Shown here: positions 9,782 through 19,466 of the stretch, piece by piece
Numbering within the stretch: position 1 is the first letter of the stretch
Layout: every line of letters starts with the position of its first letter
DNA from: Candidatus Latescibacterota bacterium
GTDB taxonomy: Bacteria; Latescibacterota; UBA2968; GCA-2709665
Length of the DNA stretch: 64,000 nt
Assembly: GCA_965226795.1 (NCBI GenBank)
Contig: CBDDDZ010000005.1
Location: forward strand, 480,001 to 544,000
Direction of reading: 5' to 3'
Made by a program: the position numbers and the translations under genes
The notes under the pieces: model-generated
Seen by the model: only the letters and a program-made list of their open reading frames with translations
Told to the model about the DNA's origin: nothing
Databases searched by the model: none

Positions 9782-12700
9782 TCAATCCCCTCGATCAAGG
9801 AGGGAATAGACAGTCGGGATGACGACAAGTGTGAGCGCGGTTGAACTGATAAGGCCGGCAACCACGGTGATGGCCATAGGAGTTCGAATCTCGGAGCCTT
9901 CGCCCAGACCCAGAGCCATGGGCAAGAGTCCCAGGACGGTTGTTGCGGTCGTCATCAGGATCGGGCGCAACCGCACCGAGCCGGCCTGTACGATCGCGTC
10001 GGCCTTGGACAGGCCGTTGGCGCGCAGATGGTTGATGTAGTCGACAAAAACGATGGCGTTGTTGACGACAATTCCGGCCAGCATGATCAGACCCAGGAAA
10101 ACCACGACGCTGAACGAGATGCCGGTAACAAAGAGGGTGAAAAGAACGCCGATCAGCGCCAGAGGAATCGTGAAAATGATGACAAAGGGATGGACAAAGG
10201 ATTCAAACTGGGAGGCCATGACGATGTAAACCAGAAAGACTGCCAGGCACAGAGCGAAGATCAGGCTTTGCAGCGAGGTCTGCATCTCGCGGTTCTGGCC
10301 GCCGATGACAAAGGATACGTCTGCAGGAATGTCGATTTCCTCCAGGGCCTGCTGGATCAGCCCGGTTGCGGTTCCCAGATCGATACCGGCGATGTTGGCC
10401 GATATAAGCACCGCGCGTTGCTGGTCGATGCGGCGGATCTCGCTGGGGCCCTCCCGTACCTGTATTTCGGCGACGGCGGAAAGGTAGATGGGGGCCTCAC
10501 CGTCGGGGTTGACCACCAGGCGTTTCAGATCGGACACGCCGGATCGATCGGCTTCGTCTACGCGAACCAGAACATCGATGCGGCGGTCGGCCTCCCGGAA
10601 CCGGGTGACCACGTCACCCTGCACTTTTTCTCGAACCAGAGTGGCTACGCTTCGAAGATTGAGGCCATAGTTGGCCAGCAGGTCCCGGTGATAGACAATC
10701 TGTACTTCCGGGCTCCCGCGCTGGAGACTGGATTTAACATCGTATAACCCCGGGATTCCGGAAAGGGCGCGTTCCACGTTACGTCCCAGTTCTGCGAGGC
10801 TGCCCAGGTCGTAGCCTCGTATTTCCAACTCTACCGGCGTCTTGAAAGTAAACAGGGCCGGGCGTGAAAAGTTGACCGTGACCTGTGGGAAATCGCCAAG
10901 ACTGTCCCGTAGCCTGGACATGAGATCCGACTCTCGTTTCGCCAGCATCGTATTGCCGGAAATGCCCGCCCAGACTCTCTTCGGTAACGTGCTGAAGTCC
11001 TGCCAGAGCCGGTGCAGGTCGTCGGCGTCGTTTGCAGTCTCGTCGGAGACAACGATCGTGACCCTCGAGGTATGTTCTCCCTGGTGTGAACTGGAAATCG
11101 AGGTCTTGTCCACGCCCACGACAGTTGCGATGCGTGCAACGCCACGTTCTTTCAGGACCCTCGACTCGACGTCGGCTACGGTCTTCTCGGTGTGTTCCAG
11201 GGGCGTACCCACCGGCATGGCGAGTTCCAGGTCGAATTCCCCTTGGTGAACGGCCGGGATAAGTTCGCGGCCGATGTGGGGCACCAGGAAGTACCAGCAC
11301 AGAAGGAACGGCAGGGTGGCGATAACGATGATGGCGAGGCGGTTCTGCAGCGCCCAGCGGATCACGGAAGGATAAAACCGGCTGATGGCGCCGAAGCCGA
11401 CTTCGAAGGCGCGAATAACGGGCGTGAGCAGGGGTACGGCGATGGCGGCAAGCAGGGCCACCACCGTCATCCCGACTGGAAAGGTCATCATCAGAGCCAG
11501 GATCAGCAGCTTGCCCAGCAGGGATACCGTCTGAAAGACGAAGTATCGCAGAACGAAGTAGAGAATTCCCAACACGAAGAGCAAGCTCACAAGAAGAACG
11601 CCCGCGAAGGCCGCAGGGACACGCAGAAAAATCGCGAGACTCCGGCCGCGCAACGGCCATTGGCACGTGCGTCTGGCGGCGCCCCAGGTCCATCGCACGA
11701 AGCCGGCGAGTCCAATGCCGAGCATGACCGGGGCGTTGAACACCAGAAGGTCGTGCCAGATGGCGTGTACGATTCCGGATCCGAACAACATCGGGTTCTT
11801 GGACCAGGCGCATACATCCCGCCAAGCATGCGCGGGGTTTTTCCGGATTTTCAGGACAAGGATGGCGACAGGAAAATACAGGGCTGGAGCCAGCATCACG
11901 CAGGCCGCCTTCAGGATGACAATCAGGATCGCAAGCACCACCCAGAGTGTGCGCCAGACGAATTCCGAAACCAGCCAGGACACATAGACGAGGGCCTTGA
12001 ACCCCAGGGCCGGAAGGCGTGTCAGTGACCGATCGCCGGCAAGTTTCCTGAGCCGTGCGAGGGACTTGAATTGCAGTAGTTTCGAGTTGAACATGTCGCT
12101 GACGGACGGGCCCCCGCGTCCGCTTCCGGACCCGGCGATCCGGATCCGGCGAGAAGCCAGCATCGGAATGAAGAAGAGTGCGACAGCGAGTGACGCCACG
12201 AGCGAAAAGACGACGGTAAGGGCCATATCGCCAAAGACCTGGCCGGCCACGCCTTCGACGAAGACAATCGGAAAAAAGACGGCGACGGTGGTTAGCGTGG
12301 AAGCAAAGACAGCGCCGCCTACTTCGCCGGTGCCTCGGACGGCCGCCGTAACGATGTCGTCTCCTTCTTCCCGGCACCGGAAGATGCTCTCCAGTACGAC
12401 AATGGAGTTGTCGACAAGCATGCCGATACCCAGCGCCAGGCCTCCCAGAGACATGATGTTCAAAGAGACGCCAAATATTTTCATTGGAGCAAACGTGGCG
12501 ACGATCGAGATCGGGATAGCCAGGCCTACAATGCCGGTATGTGTGGGATTTCGCAGGAAGACGTAAAGCACCAGGATGGCGAGAATGCCCCCTATGATGG
12601 CTGTCTGCTTGACTTCGTCGACTGATCGTTTGATGAATTGTGACTGGTCCGACAGTACTTCCACCTGCAGTCCTTCCGGCAGTGAAAATGCGATAAAGCC

Positions 12701-13783
12701 GGTCATTTCCCGGAGTTGGATAAACTGCCGCACCTGGGAGGCGCGGTCCGGGGCCTTGGCCGGTTTGATTTCTCCGGCCTTGAGTCGTTGCACGTAGGCC
12801 AGCTGCTCGGGCGTGCCGAACAATCGATCCCTGATCCGCTGCGCGGTGGCGACGATATTTGCATCGGCCTCTTTGAAGATTTCGATTTCCACGCTCTCCA
12901 CGCCATTGACACGGGTGATGATCTCGCGGTCTTTATGGCTGCGGACAACTGCGCTGACGTCTTTAAGCCGGATGTCCGCGCCGTTTTTCTGTCCGATGAC
13001 GAGATTGCGTATTTCGTCGACCGTCCTGAATTCGTTCAGCGTACGAACCATGTACTGGGTCTGCCCGTCCAACAGACTGCCGCCGGCAAGGTTGACGTTC
13101 TCTTCGCCGAGACGACGGTTGATGTCGCCAATGCCGAGCCCCATCAGGGTGAGTTGCCGTTCGTTGATTCCGACACGGATTTCTTCTTCCATGCCGCCAT
13201 GCACCCGGGCCGCGGCCACCCCTTTCATTGCCTCCAGCGCCTGCTTGATTTCTTCTTCGGCAATAAGCCGGAGCGTATATAGATCGGCATCGCCGTAGAG
13301 ACCGATGCGCATTATGGGATCCTGCGTGGGATCGTAACGCAATATGAGCGGTTTGTTGACGCCCCGGGGCAGGTTCAGCCGGTCCAGATTTTCCCGCACT
13401 GTCTGTACCGCGTCGTTCATATCCGTGTCCCAGCCGAATTCCAGGATGACGTCCGACATCCCCGCCCTGGAAATGGAGACGATGCTGGCCAGATTGTTGA
13501 CAACCCCCAGCCGCTGTTCTATTCGCCTGGAGATCAGGTTTTCGACTTCCTCGGGCGCAGTATCGGGATAGTCCGTGCGGATCGTGAGGGTGGGGTAGGA
13601 AATGTCCGGCATCAGGGTGAGCGGTAGCTGCTGGTAGGAAATGTAGCCGAAGACCGCGATGGCGAGGACGACCATAAAAATGGCCACCGGCCTGCGGGTG
13701 GTTATTTCGAAAGTGCGGGAGATCTGCGTCCTGGCGCGGGAAAGGGAATTTTGTGAAGCGGCGCCTGTGGAATCGTCATCCAT
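9782..13783 (-). CDS. RND efflux permease (AcrB/AcrD/AcrF family) with a large central hydrophobic insertion
   Basis: RRPVA, GMLVDNSIVVLE, GIVVNNAIV, RLRPILMT, MAITVVAGL; about 1330 aa versus about 1030-1050 typical. Confidence 0.92.
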   Translation of the reverse strand: MDDDSTGAASQNSLSRARTQISRTFEITTRRPVAIFMVVLAIAVFGYISYQQLPLTLMPDISYPTLTIRTDYPDTAPEEVENLISRRIEQRLGVVNNLASIVSISRAGMSDVILEFGWDTDMNDAVQTVRENLDRLNLPRGVNKPLILRYDPTQDPIMRIGLYGDADLYTLRLIAEEEIKQALEAMKGVAAARVHGGMEEEIRVGINERQLTLMGLGIGDINRRLGEENVNLAGGSLLDGQTQYMVRTLNEFRTVDEIRNLVIGQKNGADIRLKDVSAVVRSHKDREIITRVNGVESVEIEIFKEADANIVATAQRIRDRLFGTPEQLAYVQRLKAGEIKPAKAPDRASQVRQFIQLREMTGFIAFSLPEGLQVEVLSDQSQFIKRSVDEVKQTAIIGGILAILVLYVFLRNPTHTGIVGLAIPISIVATFAPMKIFGVSLNIMSLGGLALGIGMLVDNSIVVLESIFRCREEGDDIVTAAVRGTGEVGGAVFASTLTTVAVFFPIVFVEGVAGQVFGDMALTVVFSLVASLAVALFFIPMLASRRIRIAGSGSGRGGPSVSDMFNSKLLQFKSLARLRKLAGDRSLTRLPALGFKALVYVSWLVSEFVWRTLWVVLAILIVILKAACVMLAPALYFPVAILVLKIRKNPAHAWRDVCAWSKNPMLFGSGIVHAIWHDLLVFNAPVMLGIGLAGFVRWTWGAARRTCQWPLRGRSLAIFLRVPAAFAGVLLVSLLFVLGILYFVLRYFVFQTVSLLGKLLILALMMTFPVGMTVVALLAAIAVPLLTPVIRAFEVGFGAISRFYPSVIRWALQNRLAIIVIATLPFLLCWYFLVPHIGRELIPAVHQGEFDLELAMPVGTPLEHTEKTVADVESRVLKERGVARIATVVGVDKTSISSSHQGEHTSRVTIVVSDETANDADDLHRLWQDFSTLPKRVWAGISGNTMLAKRESDLMSRLRDSLGDFPQVTVNFSRPALFTFKTPVELEIRGYDLGSLAELGRNVERALSGIPGLYDVKSSLQRGSPEVQIVYHRDLLANYGLNLRSVATLVREKVQGDVVTRFREADRRIDVLVRVDEADRSGVSDLKRLVVNPDGEAPIYLSAVAEIQVREGPSEIRRIDQQRAVLISANIAGIDLGTATGLIQQALEEIDIPADVSFVIGGQNREMQTSLQSLIFALCLAVFLVYIVMASQFESFVHPFVIIFTIPLALIGVLFTLFVTGISFSVVVFLGLIMLAGIVVNNAIVFVDYINHLRANGLSKADAIVQAGSVRLRPILMTTATTVLGLLPMALGLGEGSEIRTPMAITVVAGLISSTALTLVVIPTVYSLLDRGD

Positions 13784-13858
13784 TTTTTCGTGAGTCCTCA
13801 ATCAGCCGCATCGACGCACGACGGACGCACCGCCGCCGTTGTTGAGCCGGGGTGCGCC

Positions 13859-15052
13859 CTATTCCAGGGATTCCTGGGGTTTTTGCTCCGTGGTATCCGG
13901 TTTGGCCGGAATACGCAGGCCCTTGCCCTCAATCACCCTGACTCTGGCCAGGTCCTTGAGGCCATTCTGGCCCACAACCACGATGCTGTCCCCCTGCGAG
14001 ACGCCGCTGAGAACTTCCAGGTTTTCGGTGTCTTCAAACCCCACGTCGAGCTGAATTTTACGTGCGGTGCTGTCCTGAACCACGAACACATGAGGATGCC
14101 CGTCATCGTAGACGATGGCGCGTTTGGGCACCAGCAAGGCCTGTTCGTGGGTGGCGGTAACGATATACGTCGTGACGAACATCCCTGGACGCAAGCCGCC
14201 GTCGGCGTCGTCAATAGCCAGCGTTACCCCGACGGTGCCGCTGCTCGGATCGATAACCGGACTGATGCGAATAATGCGGCCGGGAAAATTGACGTCGGGA
14301 AGAAGATTCGTGGTAATTCGGGCCGTCTGTCCGACCGAGATGTTGCGCAGTTCCCCGCCGGGTACGTGCGCTCTGGAAATCAGGCTGCGCATGTTGACCA
14401 GAACGTAAAGTTTGGAGGTCGGACCGATCCGATCGCCTAGTCTGACAGTCCGTTCCGCCACGACCCCTGCTATCGGAGATCGAACCAGTGCATGATCCAG
14501 GCTTAACTGGGCGCGTTGCCACTGTATTTTGGCGTGTTCCAGGTCGAATTCGTCACTTTCGTAGTCTTTTTTGGAAAGCAGGTTCTTGGAATAGATTTCC
14601 TTGCGGCGTTTGAAGTTGCTCTCCAATTTGAGGTATGTAATCTTGGCTTCCGCTTCGGAGAGCTTGAGTTCGTGGTCGACAAGGTGGACGAGAACCTGAT
14701 CCGCTTCGACCCAATCGCCCTCTTCGGCCAGCACGCGTTTGACGAGCCCCGTTCCGTGAGCGTAAACGTCCACGGTCTCTTCGGCCTCGACCTTGGCACT
14801 GTATTGCAGGTATGAGGAAATTGCCCCTTGTTCAATGCGATGGACCTTTACAGCTACGCCCTCCGGCGTTTTTTTCGTTTTTGCAACTTTGGCCGTGTCT
14901 ACCGCCGTCGAGTCTGCCTTTATAGAATCGGCCGCGGCTTCGGTATTACTCTGTCCCTTGGTTTTTTTTTCGCCACCACACCCCGTGAGTGCGCAGGAGG
15001 CGAAAACCGCGGCCATTACAAAAAAACACTTGGAAATTCGAATTTCCGTCAT
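13859..15052 (-). CDS. RND periplasmic adaptor (membrane fusion lipoprotein)
   Basis: Lipobox-like LTGC; VRSPIAGVV, SPVIDPSSGT, LRPGMFV. Confidence 0.9.
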   Translation of the reverse strand: MTEIRISKCFFVMAAVFASCALTGCGGEKKTKGQSNTEAAADSIKADSTAVDTAKVAKTKKTPEGVAVKVHRIEQGAISSYLQYSAKVEAEETVDVYAHGTGLVKRVLAEEGDWVEADQVLVHLVDHELKLSEAEAKITYLKLESNFKRRKEIYSKNLLSKKDYESDEFDLEHAKIQWQRAQLSLDHALVRSPIAGVVAERTVRLGDRIGPTSKLYVLVNMRSLISRAHVPGGELRNISVGQTARITTNLLPDVNFPGRIIRISPVIDPSSGTVGVTLAIDDADGGLRPGMFVTTYIVTATHEQALLVPKRAIVYDDGHPHVFVVQDSTARKIQLDVGFEDTENLEVLSGVSQGDSIVVVGQNGLKDLARVRVIEGKGLRIPAKPDTTEQKPQESLE

Positions 15053-15215
15053 CCGTACATCCTTCTGGGCGGTTTGTAGTCTTCTCCCACAGCAAGTGGA
15101 AATGAGGACCTCGTCCGGCGGGAACCTGGTCTATTTCGCCACCCATTCAGGCGATGCCGGGGTGGCTTGAAATTTCCCCCAGTCTTTGACTCCCCAGATA
15201 GGCCGGATGTTTCGC

Positions 15216-15258
15216 AAAAAAGCCGCTGGGCCGTCATTTATTCGACGGCCCAGGCGGG
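15216..15258 (-). terminator. Intrinsic terminator downstream of mrp
   Basis: CTGGGCCGTC/GACGGCCCAG stem followed by T6 on the minus strand. Confidence 0.65.
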
Positions 15259-15415
15259 CGGGGTTCCGTATATCTGTCTGGTGCCGGGAAGGTCGGGCCG
15301 TGCACTTCATACGTTTGCTCGCCCGGGCTATCCTGTTTTTTGTTCGGACGATGCCAAGATCCGTGGGATTCCGGCTTGCGTGGGATTGGGGTGCAACGGA
15401 CGAATGCCCGATAAA

Positions 15416-16246
15416 CTATCCTTCCACTGCCTCTCTGACTCTTGACGCAATTTCGACGTAACACCGGGAGATTGGGGATTCAGGGTCGGCGGCCGTAATC
15501 GGTGTGCCGGTATCTCCGCCTCTACGTATCCGCAGGTCCAGAGGGATTTCGCCGAGAAGCGGCACGTTGTATTCAGCAGCCATTTTTCTTCCGCCGCCCT
15601 TCCCGAAGATATCGGTTTGTGTATTGCAGGTGCCGCAGATGTAAACGCTCATATTTTCGACGATACCAAGAACAGGTACGTCAACCGTGTTGAACATCTG
15701 AATGCCGCGACGCACGTCCTCCAGTGCCACGGCTTGCGGTGTTGTGACAATGACGGCGCCGTCCAGGCGCGCGGATTGAACCAGGGTAAGCTGGACGTCG
15801 CCGGTTCCAGGCGGCAGATCGATTACGAGAAAGTCCAGAGGCGCCCAGGCAACGCCCCGAAGGAACTGTATCACCATTTTGGCCAACATCGGACCACGCC
15901 AGATCACCGGGGCACCGGCTTCTGTAATGAAACCGAGGGAGATCATCTTGACATTGTGACGTTCAAGGGGGACAATCCCGCCGTTCGGTTCCGTGTCAGG
16001 TGTTTCGTTTACGCCCATCATGATTGGAACGTTGGGACCGTAGATGTCCGCATCCATGAGACCCACCGCGGCGCCCTGCCGCGCGAGCGCTACGCAAAGA
16101 TTGGCGGCGGTGGTGGATTTTCCCACACCGCCCTTGCCGCTTGCTACGGCGATCAGGTGCTTGACACCGGGAATCGGCGCGGGTCGGGGCACGGTCGCAT
16201 GCGTATTCAAAAGGGGCCTCCTCCGTACGGTACGCGAGTGATACAT
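15416..16246 (-). CDS. mrp: Mrp/NBP35 Fe-S cluster carrier ATPase
   Basis: SGKGGVGKST, DADIYGP, WRGPM, DLPPGTGD, VENMS-x3-CxxC. Confidence 0.92.
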   Translation of the reverse strand: MYHSRTVRRRPLLNTHATVPRPAPIPGVKHLIAVASGKGGVGKSTTAANLCVALARQGAAVGLMDADIYGPNVPIMMGVNETPDTEPNGGIVPLERHNVKMISLGFITEAGAPVIWRGPMLAKMVIQFLRGVAWAPLDFLVIDLPPGTGDVQLTLVQSARLDGAVIVTTPQAVALEDVRRGIQMFNTVDVPVLGIVENMSVYICGTCNTQTDIFGKGGGRKMAAEYNVPLLGEIPLDLRIRRGGDTGTPITAADPESPISRCYVEIASRVREAVEG

Positions 16247-17380
16247 TCAGGCCCGCGTTTTCCGGCAGTTTCGAATACAGTCGGCCAGAATTGGGATACC
16301 CTTACGGATATCGTCGTGTGTTGCAAAACCGAACGCGAGTCTGATGTAAGGTACGTCCATATTGTACACGTGGAAGGCTTTGCCGGACGCGTAGTCGACG
16401 CCCATTGACTCCGCGAGCTTCTCGCAGGCGACTGTGTCGGTGGCGTCGGGCAGCTTGACCCAGATGAAGAGACCGCCCTTGGGCCGGCTGAACCACTCGA
16501 AGGCGTCAGGGAAACGCGAGAGCGTGTCAAACATAAGATCGCGTTTTTCCCTGACGATCGTGTTGATTCTGTCCACGTGCGACCAGAGTTCCTCTCTGAA
16601 ATATTCGTAGACGATGGCTGCGCTGAGCGTGCTTGTGCCTCCGTCTCGCCGATACTGAAGAATCCGGTCGAGCAGATGTCGAGGCGCCGCGAGATAGCCC
16701 AGTCGGATTCCTGGCCCCAGGATTTTCGACAGGGATTCGATGTGGATCACCGGCGTATCGTGCTCGAGCGTCCACAGGGCGGGTTCGTGGTCGTCTTCGT
16801 AAGCAGTGTCGGCGTAACAGTGGTCTTCAACCACCGGTATTCCGAAACGGCCTGCTATGGCCAGCAGTTCCCGGCGCCGGTCGAGCGGCATGATTGAACC
16901 CGTCGGGTTCTGGTAGGTTGCCAGGGTGTAGATGAATTTCGGTTTTCTGTCCCGGGAAACCAGTCGGTCCAGCGTTCCTTCAAGGGCGTCCATCCGCATG
17001 CCGTACTCGTCCAACGGGATGCCGACGAGTTCTGCCTTTTCTTTGCGATAGGCGCCAAGGGTACCCGAGTAGGAGTATTCCTCGAGCACAATCACGTCGC
17101 CGGGCGACTCGACGAATACCTGCGCCATCAGCGTAACCGCCTGCATTGAGCCCGTGGTTAGGACAATCTGATCGACGGGCAGGGCAACGCCTTCACGGTG
17201 CGCGAACCTCTGGGACATCAGTTTCCTGAGCGGTTCGTACCCCAGCGAACCGGGATAACACGCCAGCTCATCACCCATCTCCGGCAGAATGCGCATGGCG
17301 GCTTCCGCGAGGCCTCGGTTGGGGAAGGATGCAGGGTCGGGACGGCCGCTACCAAATGGAAATGTCTTCACTCTGGACAC
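16247..17380 (-). CDS. PLP-dependent class I aminotransferase (LysN/MocR-type)
   Basis: YQNPTG, VEDHCY, SLSKILGPGIRLG, GGLFIWV. Confidence 0.88.
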   Translation of the reverse strand: MSRVKTFPFGSGRPDPASFPNRGLAEAAMRILPEMGDELACYPGSLGYEPLRKLMSQRFAHREGVALPVDQIVLTTGSMQAVTLMAQVFVESPGDVIVLEEYSYSGTLGAYRKEKAELVGIPLDEYGMRMDALEGTLDRLVSRDRKPKFIYTLATYQNPTGSIMPLDRRRELLAIAGRFGIPVVEDHCYADTAYEDDHEPALWTLEHDTPVIHIESLSKILGPGIRLGYLAAPRHLLDRILQYRRDGGTSTLSAAIVYEYFREELWSHVDRINTIVREKRDLMFDTLSRFPDAFEWFSRPKGGLFIWVKLPDATDTVACEKLAESMGVDYASGKAFHVYNMDVPYIRLAFGFATHDDIRKGIPILADCIRNCRKTRA

Positions 17381-17492
17381 ATATCCTTATTTTACAGGTA
17401 TTTGTTGTTTTTTTTAAATGCACAGGACGCCCCGGCAACCCTCGGTCGCCGCCAGCCCTTTCCGGATCGAGCGAAGGGTGCGCTCGGACGCG

Positions 17493-19082
17493 TCAAATCC
17501 CTTTCTCATTGCCCCGGATTCTGGGATCGAGCGTTGCGAGAAGTTCGTCGTCCTCGGTGATTTCGATGGCCCTGACGTTTGCGGCCGCGCTGCCCTTGCC
17601 AATTGTGTATTTGACTTCCGACTTCAGGTAGTTGGGTGCGATTTCCCCGAACCCTTCTTCCAGTGCGACCCATTCGTTGCCTTCGGAGTGCACTCTGGGC
17701 GCGCTGACCGCCCAGTCAAGGTCCTCTTCCAGCACCAGTCGGCGTGTGAGCACCTGAAACAGGGAGGATGGGATGCGGGTGCCACCCGACGCGCCGAGTG
17801 TCATCATCGGTTCGCCGTCGCTAAGGATGAGAATGGGGCACATGTTGTTGACAGGCGACTTGCCCGCGTCCACCGAGTTGGGCAGACCGGAGCCCGGGTC
17901 GAAGCGGGACATGCCTGCATTCATGATCAGTCCCATTCTGGGGACGGTGACAAATGAGCCGAAACCGGGCCCGTGGGTCAGGGTAAGTGAAGCCATATTG
18001 CGGTCGCGGTCTACGACGGAGATGTGGGTCGTGCCGCCGTACGAAAGCGGGCGTAACAGCGCCTGCCCGCGCGTGCCTTTCGAAACGTGATCGGCGATTT
18101 CACGCCCCGTTGCTCCAATCTGGATGTCGGACGTAAGGGTCTCGAGCGGGACCTTGACAAATCCGGGGTCGCCGAAATACCTGTAGCGGTCCAGCCAGGC
18201 GGAGCGGATGGTTTCAGTCATGCCGTGGGCGAGACGTGCGGCGTCGCGGGCCCACAGGTCCAGCTCGGCCATCTCGGCAACGCGACACATCTGAAGTACG
18301 GTGAGACCGCTGGAACAAAGGGGAGCGGTGTAAAGATCGTAACCAAGACACGAGGCGTGGACAGGTTCAACGTGGCGGGCCTGGAAGTCCGCGAAGTCTT
18401 CTTCCGTCAATATCCCGCCGTTTTCCTGGATGTATTTGACGATTCTCCCCGCGATTCTTCCCCGGTAGAACTCATCGATGCCTTTCTCGGCGACCTGTTC
18501 GAGGATGCGCCCGAGATTGGGATTGGCTGCCCTGTCCCTGGTGGTTGGCGGCGAACCGTCGACCACCAGAAGCCGTGCGGTGTCCTGAAACATGCCGATG
18601 CGTTTTTCGTTCGCTCCCACGGCATCCGCGTACTCGGGTGAAACCCGAAAGCCGTTCTTGCAGGCCCGAATGGCCGGAACAAGCGCCTGATCCAGTGATA
18701 TTTTCCCATATTTTTCAAGTGCCGCAGCCAGGCCGGCGAGTACGCCGGGGACGGAGATCGCGAGACAGCCGATCTCGTTGGCCCGACTCCTGACCAACGA
18801 CCCGAAGCGTCCGTCGGAGCGGACAACCTGGAACATCCTGCTTGTGGCGGCCTTCGGCGCCACCGTGTTGAAGTCGATGCAGCCGATTTCCCCGTTCATA
18901 TATACCATGAGGGCGCCACCGTAGCCGCCGATTCCCGTGTGGTGCGGTGTGACCACGCAGGCGAGCAGGGCGGCCGTGACGGCAGCATCAACAGCATTGC
19001 CTCCTTTTTTCAATATGTTGACGGCTGCGGCGTCGGCTTCGGGCTGGCCGACGACAGCGGCCTCCTCAAACGTGGCTGACAC
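17493..19082 (-). CDS. ggt: Gamma-glutamyltransferase family protein
   Basis: GGNAVDAAV, TGIGGYGG, TTHISVVD (nucleophile Thr), GASGGTRI. Confidence 0.88.
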   Translation of the reverse strand: MSATFEEAAVVGQPEADAAAVNILKKGGNAVDAAVTAALLACVVTPHHTGIGGYGGALMVYMNGEIGCIDFNTVAPKAATSRMFQVVRSDGRFGSLVRSRANEIGCLAISVPGVLAGLAAALEKYGKISLDQALVPAIRACKNGFRVSPEYADAVGANEKRIGMFQDTARLLVVDGSPPTTRDRAANPNLGRILEQVAEKGIDEFYRGRIAGRIVKYIQENGGILTEEDFADFQARHVEPVHASCLGYDLYTAPLCSSGLTVLQMCRVAEMAELDLWARDAARLAHGMTETIRSAWLDRYRYFGDPGFVKVPLETLTSDIQIGATGREIADHVSKGTRGQALLRPLSYGGTTHISVVDRDRNMASLTLTHGPGFGSFVTVPRMGLIMNAGMSRFDPGSGLPNSVDAGKSPVNNMCPILILSDGEPMMTLGASGGTRIPSSLFQVLTRRLVLEEDLDWAVSAPRVHSEGNEWVALEEGFGEIAPNYLKSEVKYTIGKGSAAANVRAIEITEDDELLATLDPRIRGNEKGI

Positions 19083-19466
19083 TAATAACGTCTCCCTTCA
19101 AACGCTTGAAATCCGCGGATACAGTTTCAATGAAACCTCCTGGACGGGGCATCGGGGTCTCCGGTCTTCCGTCTGACGGCTTTTGGCGATGGTTGGACCG
19201 GTGGGGATTCGCCGCTGGCATCCTACCCGGTCCCGCGGACGCGTGCCCTTTTGGACCAGACGCGGCAGGTATCTGCGGCCGGCTGCAGATTGGTCGCGAT
19301 TTCCTATCCTGAATGTGCCTTTACGGGAACGGATGATTCCGGGGCGAGCCACGGTTCGATAATATAAGCCGACCCGGTGCAGGTCAAGGTTTTTTTTATA
19401 TATTTGCCGATTTTTGGTTGCAGGAACCTGTAATGCCGGCAAATGAGAGAGTCGTCGGTAACGCGT

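Noticed and set aside
10779..12377. 532-aa alternative-frame ORF inside the RND gene
   Set aside because: Arg/Pro-rich shadow ORF typical of GC-rich DNA; fully overlaps a well-supported gene.
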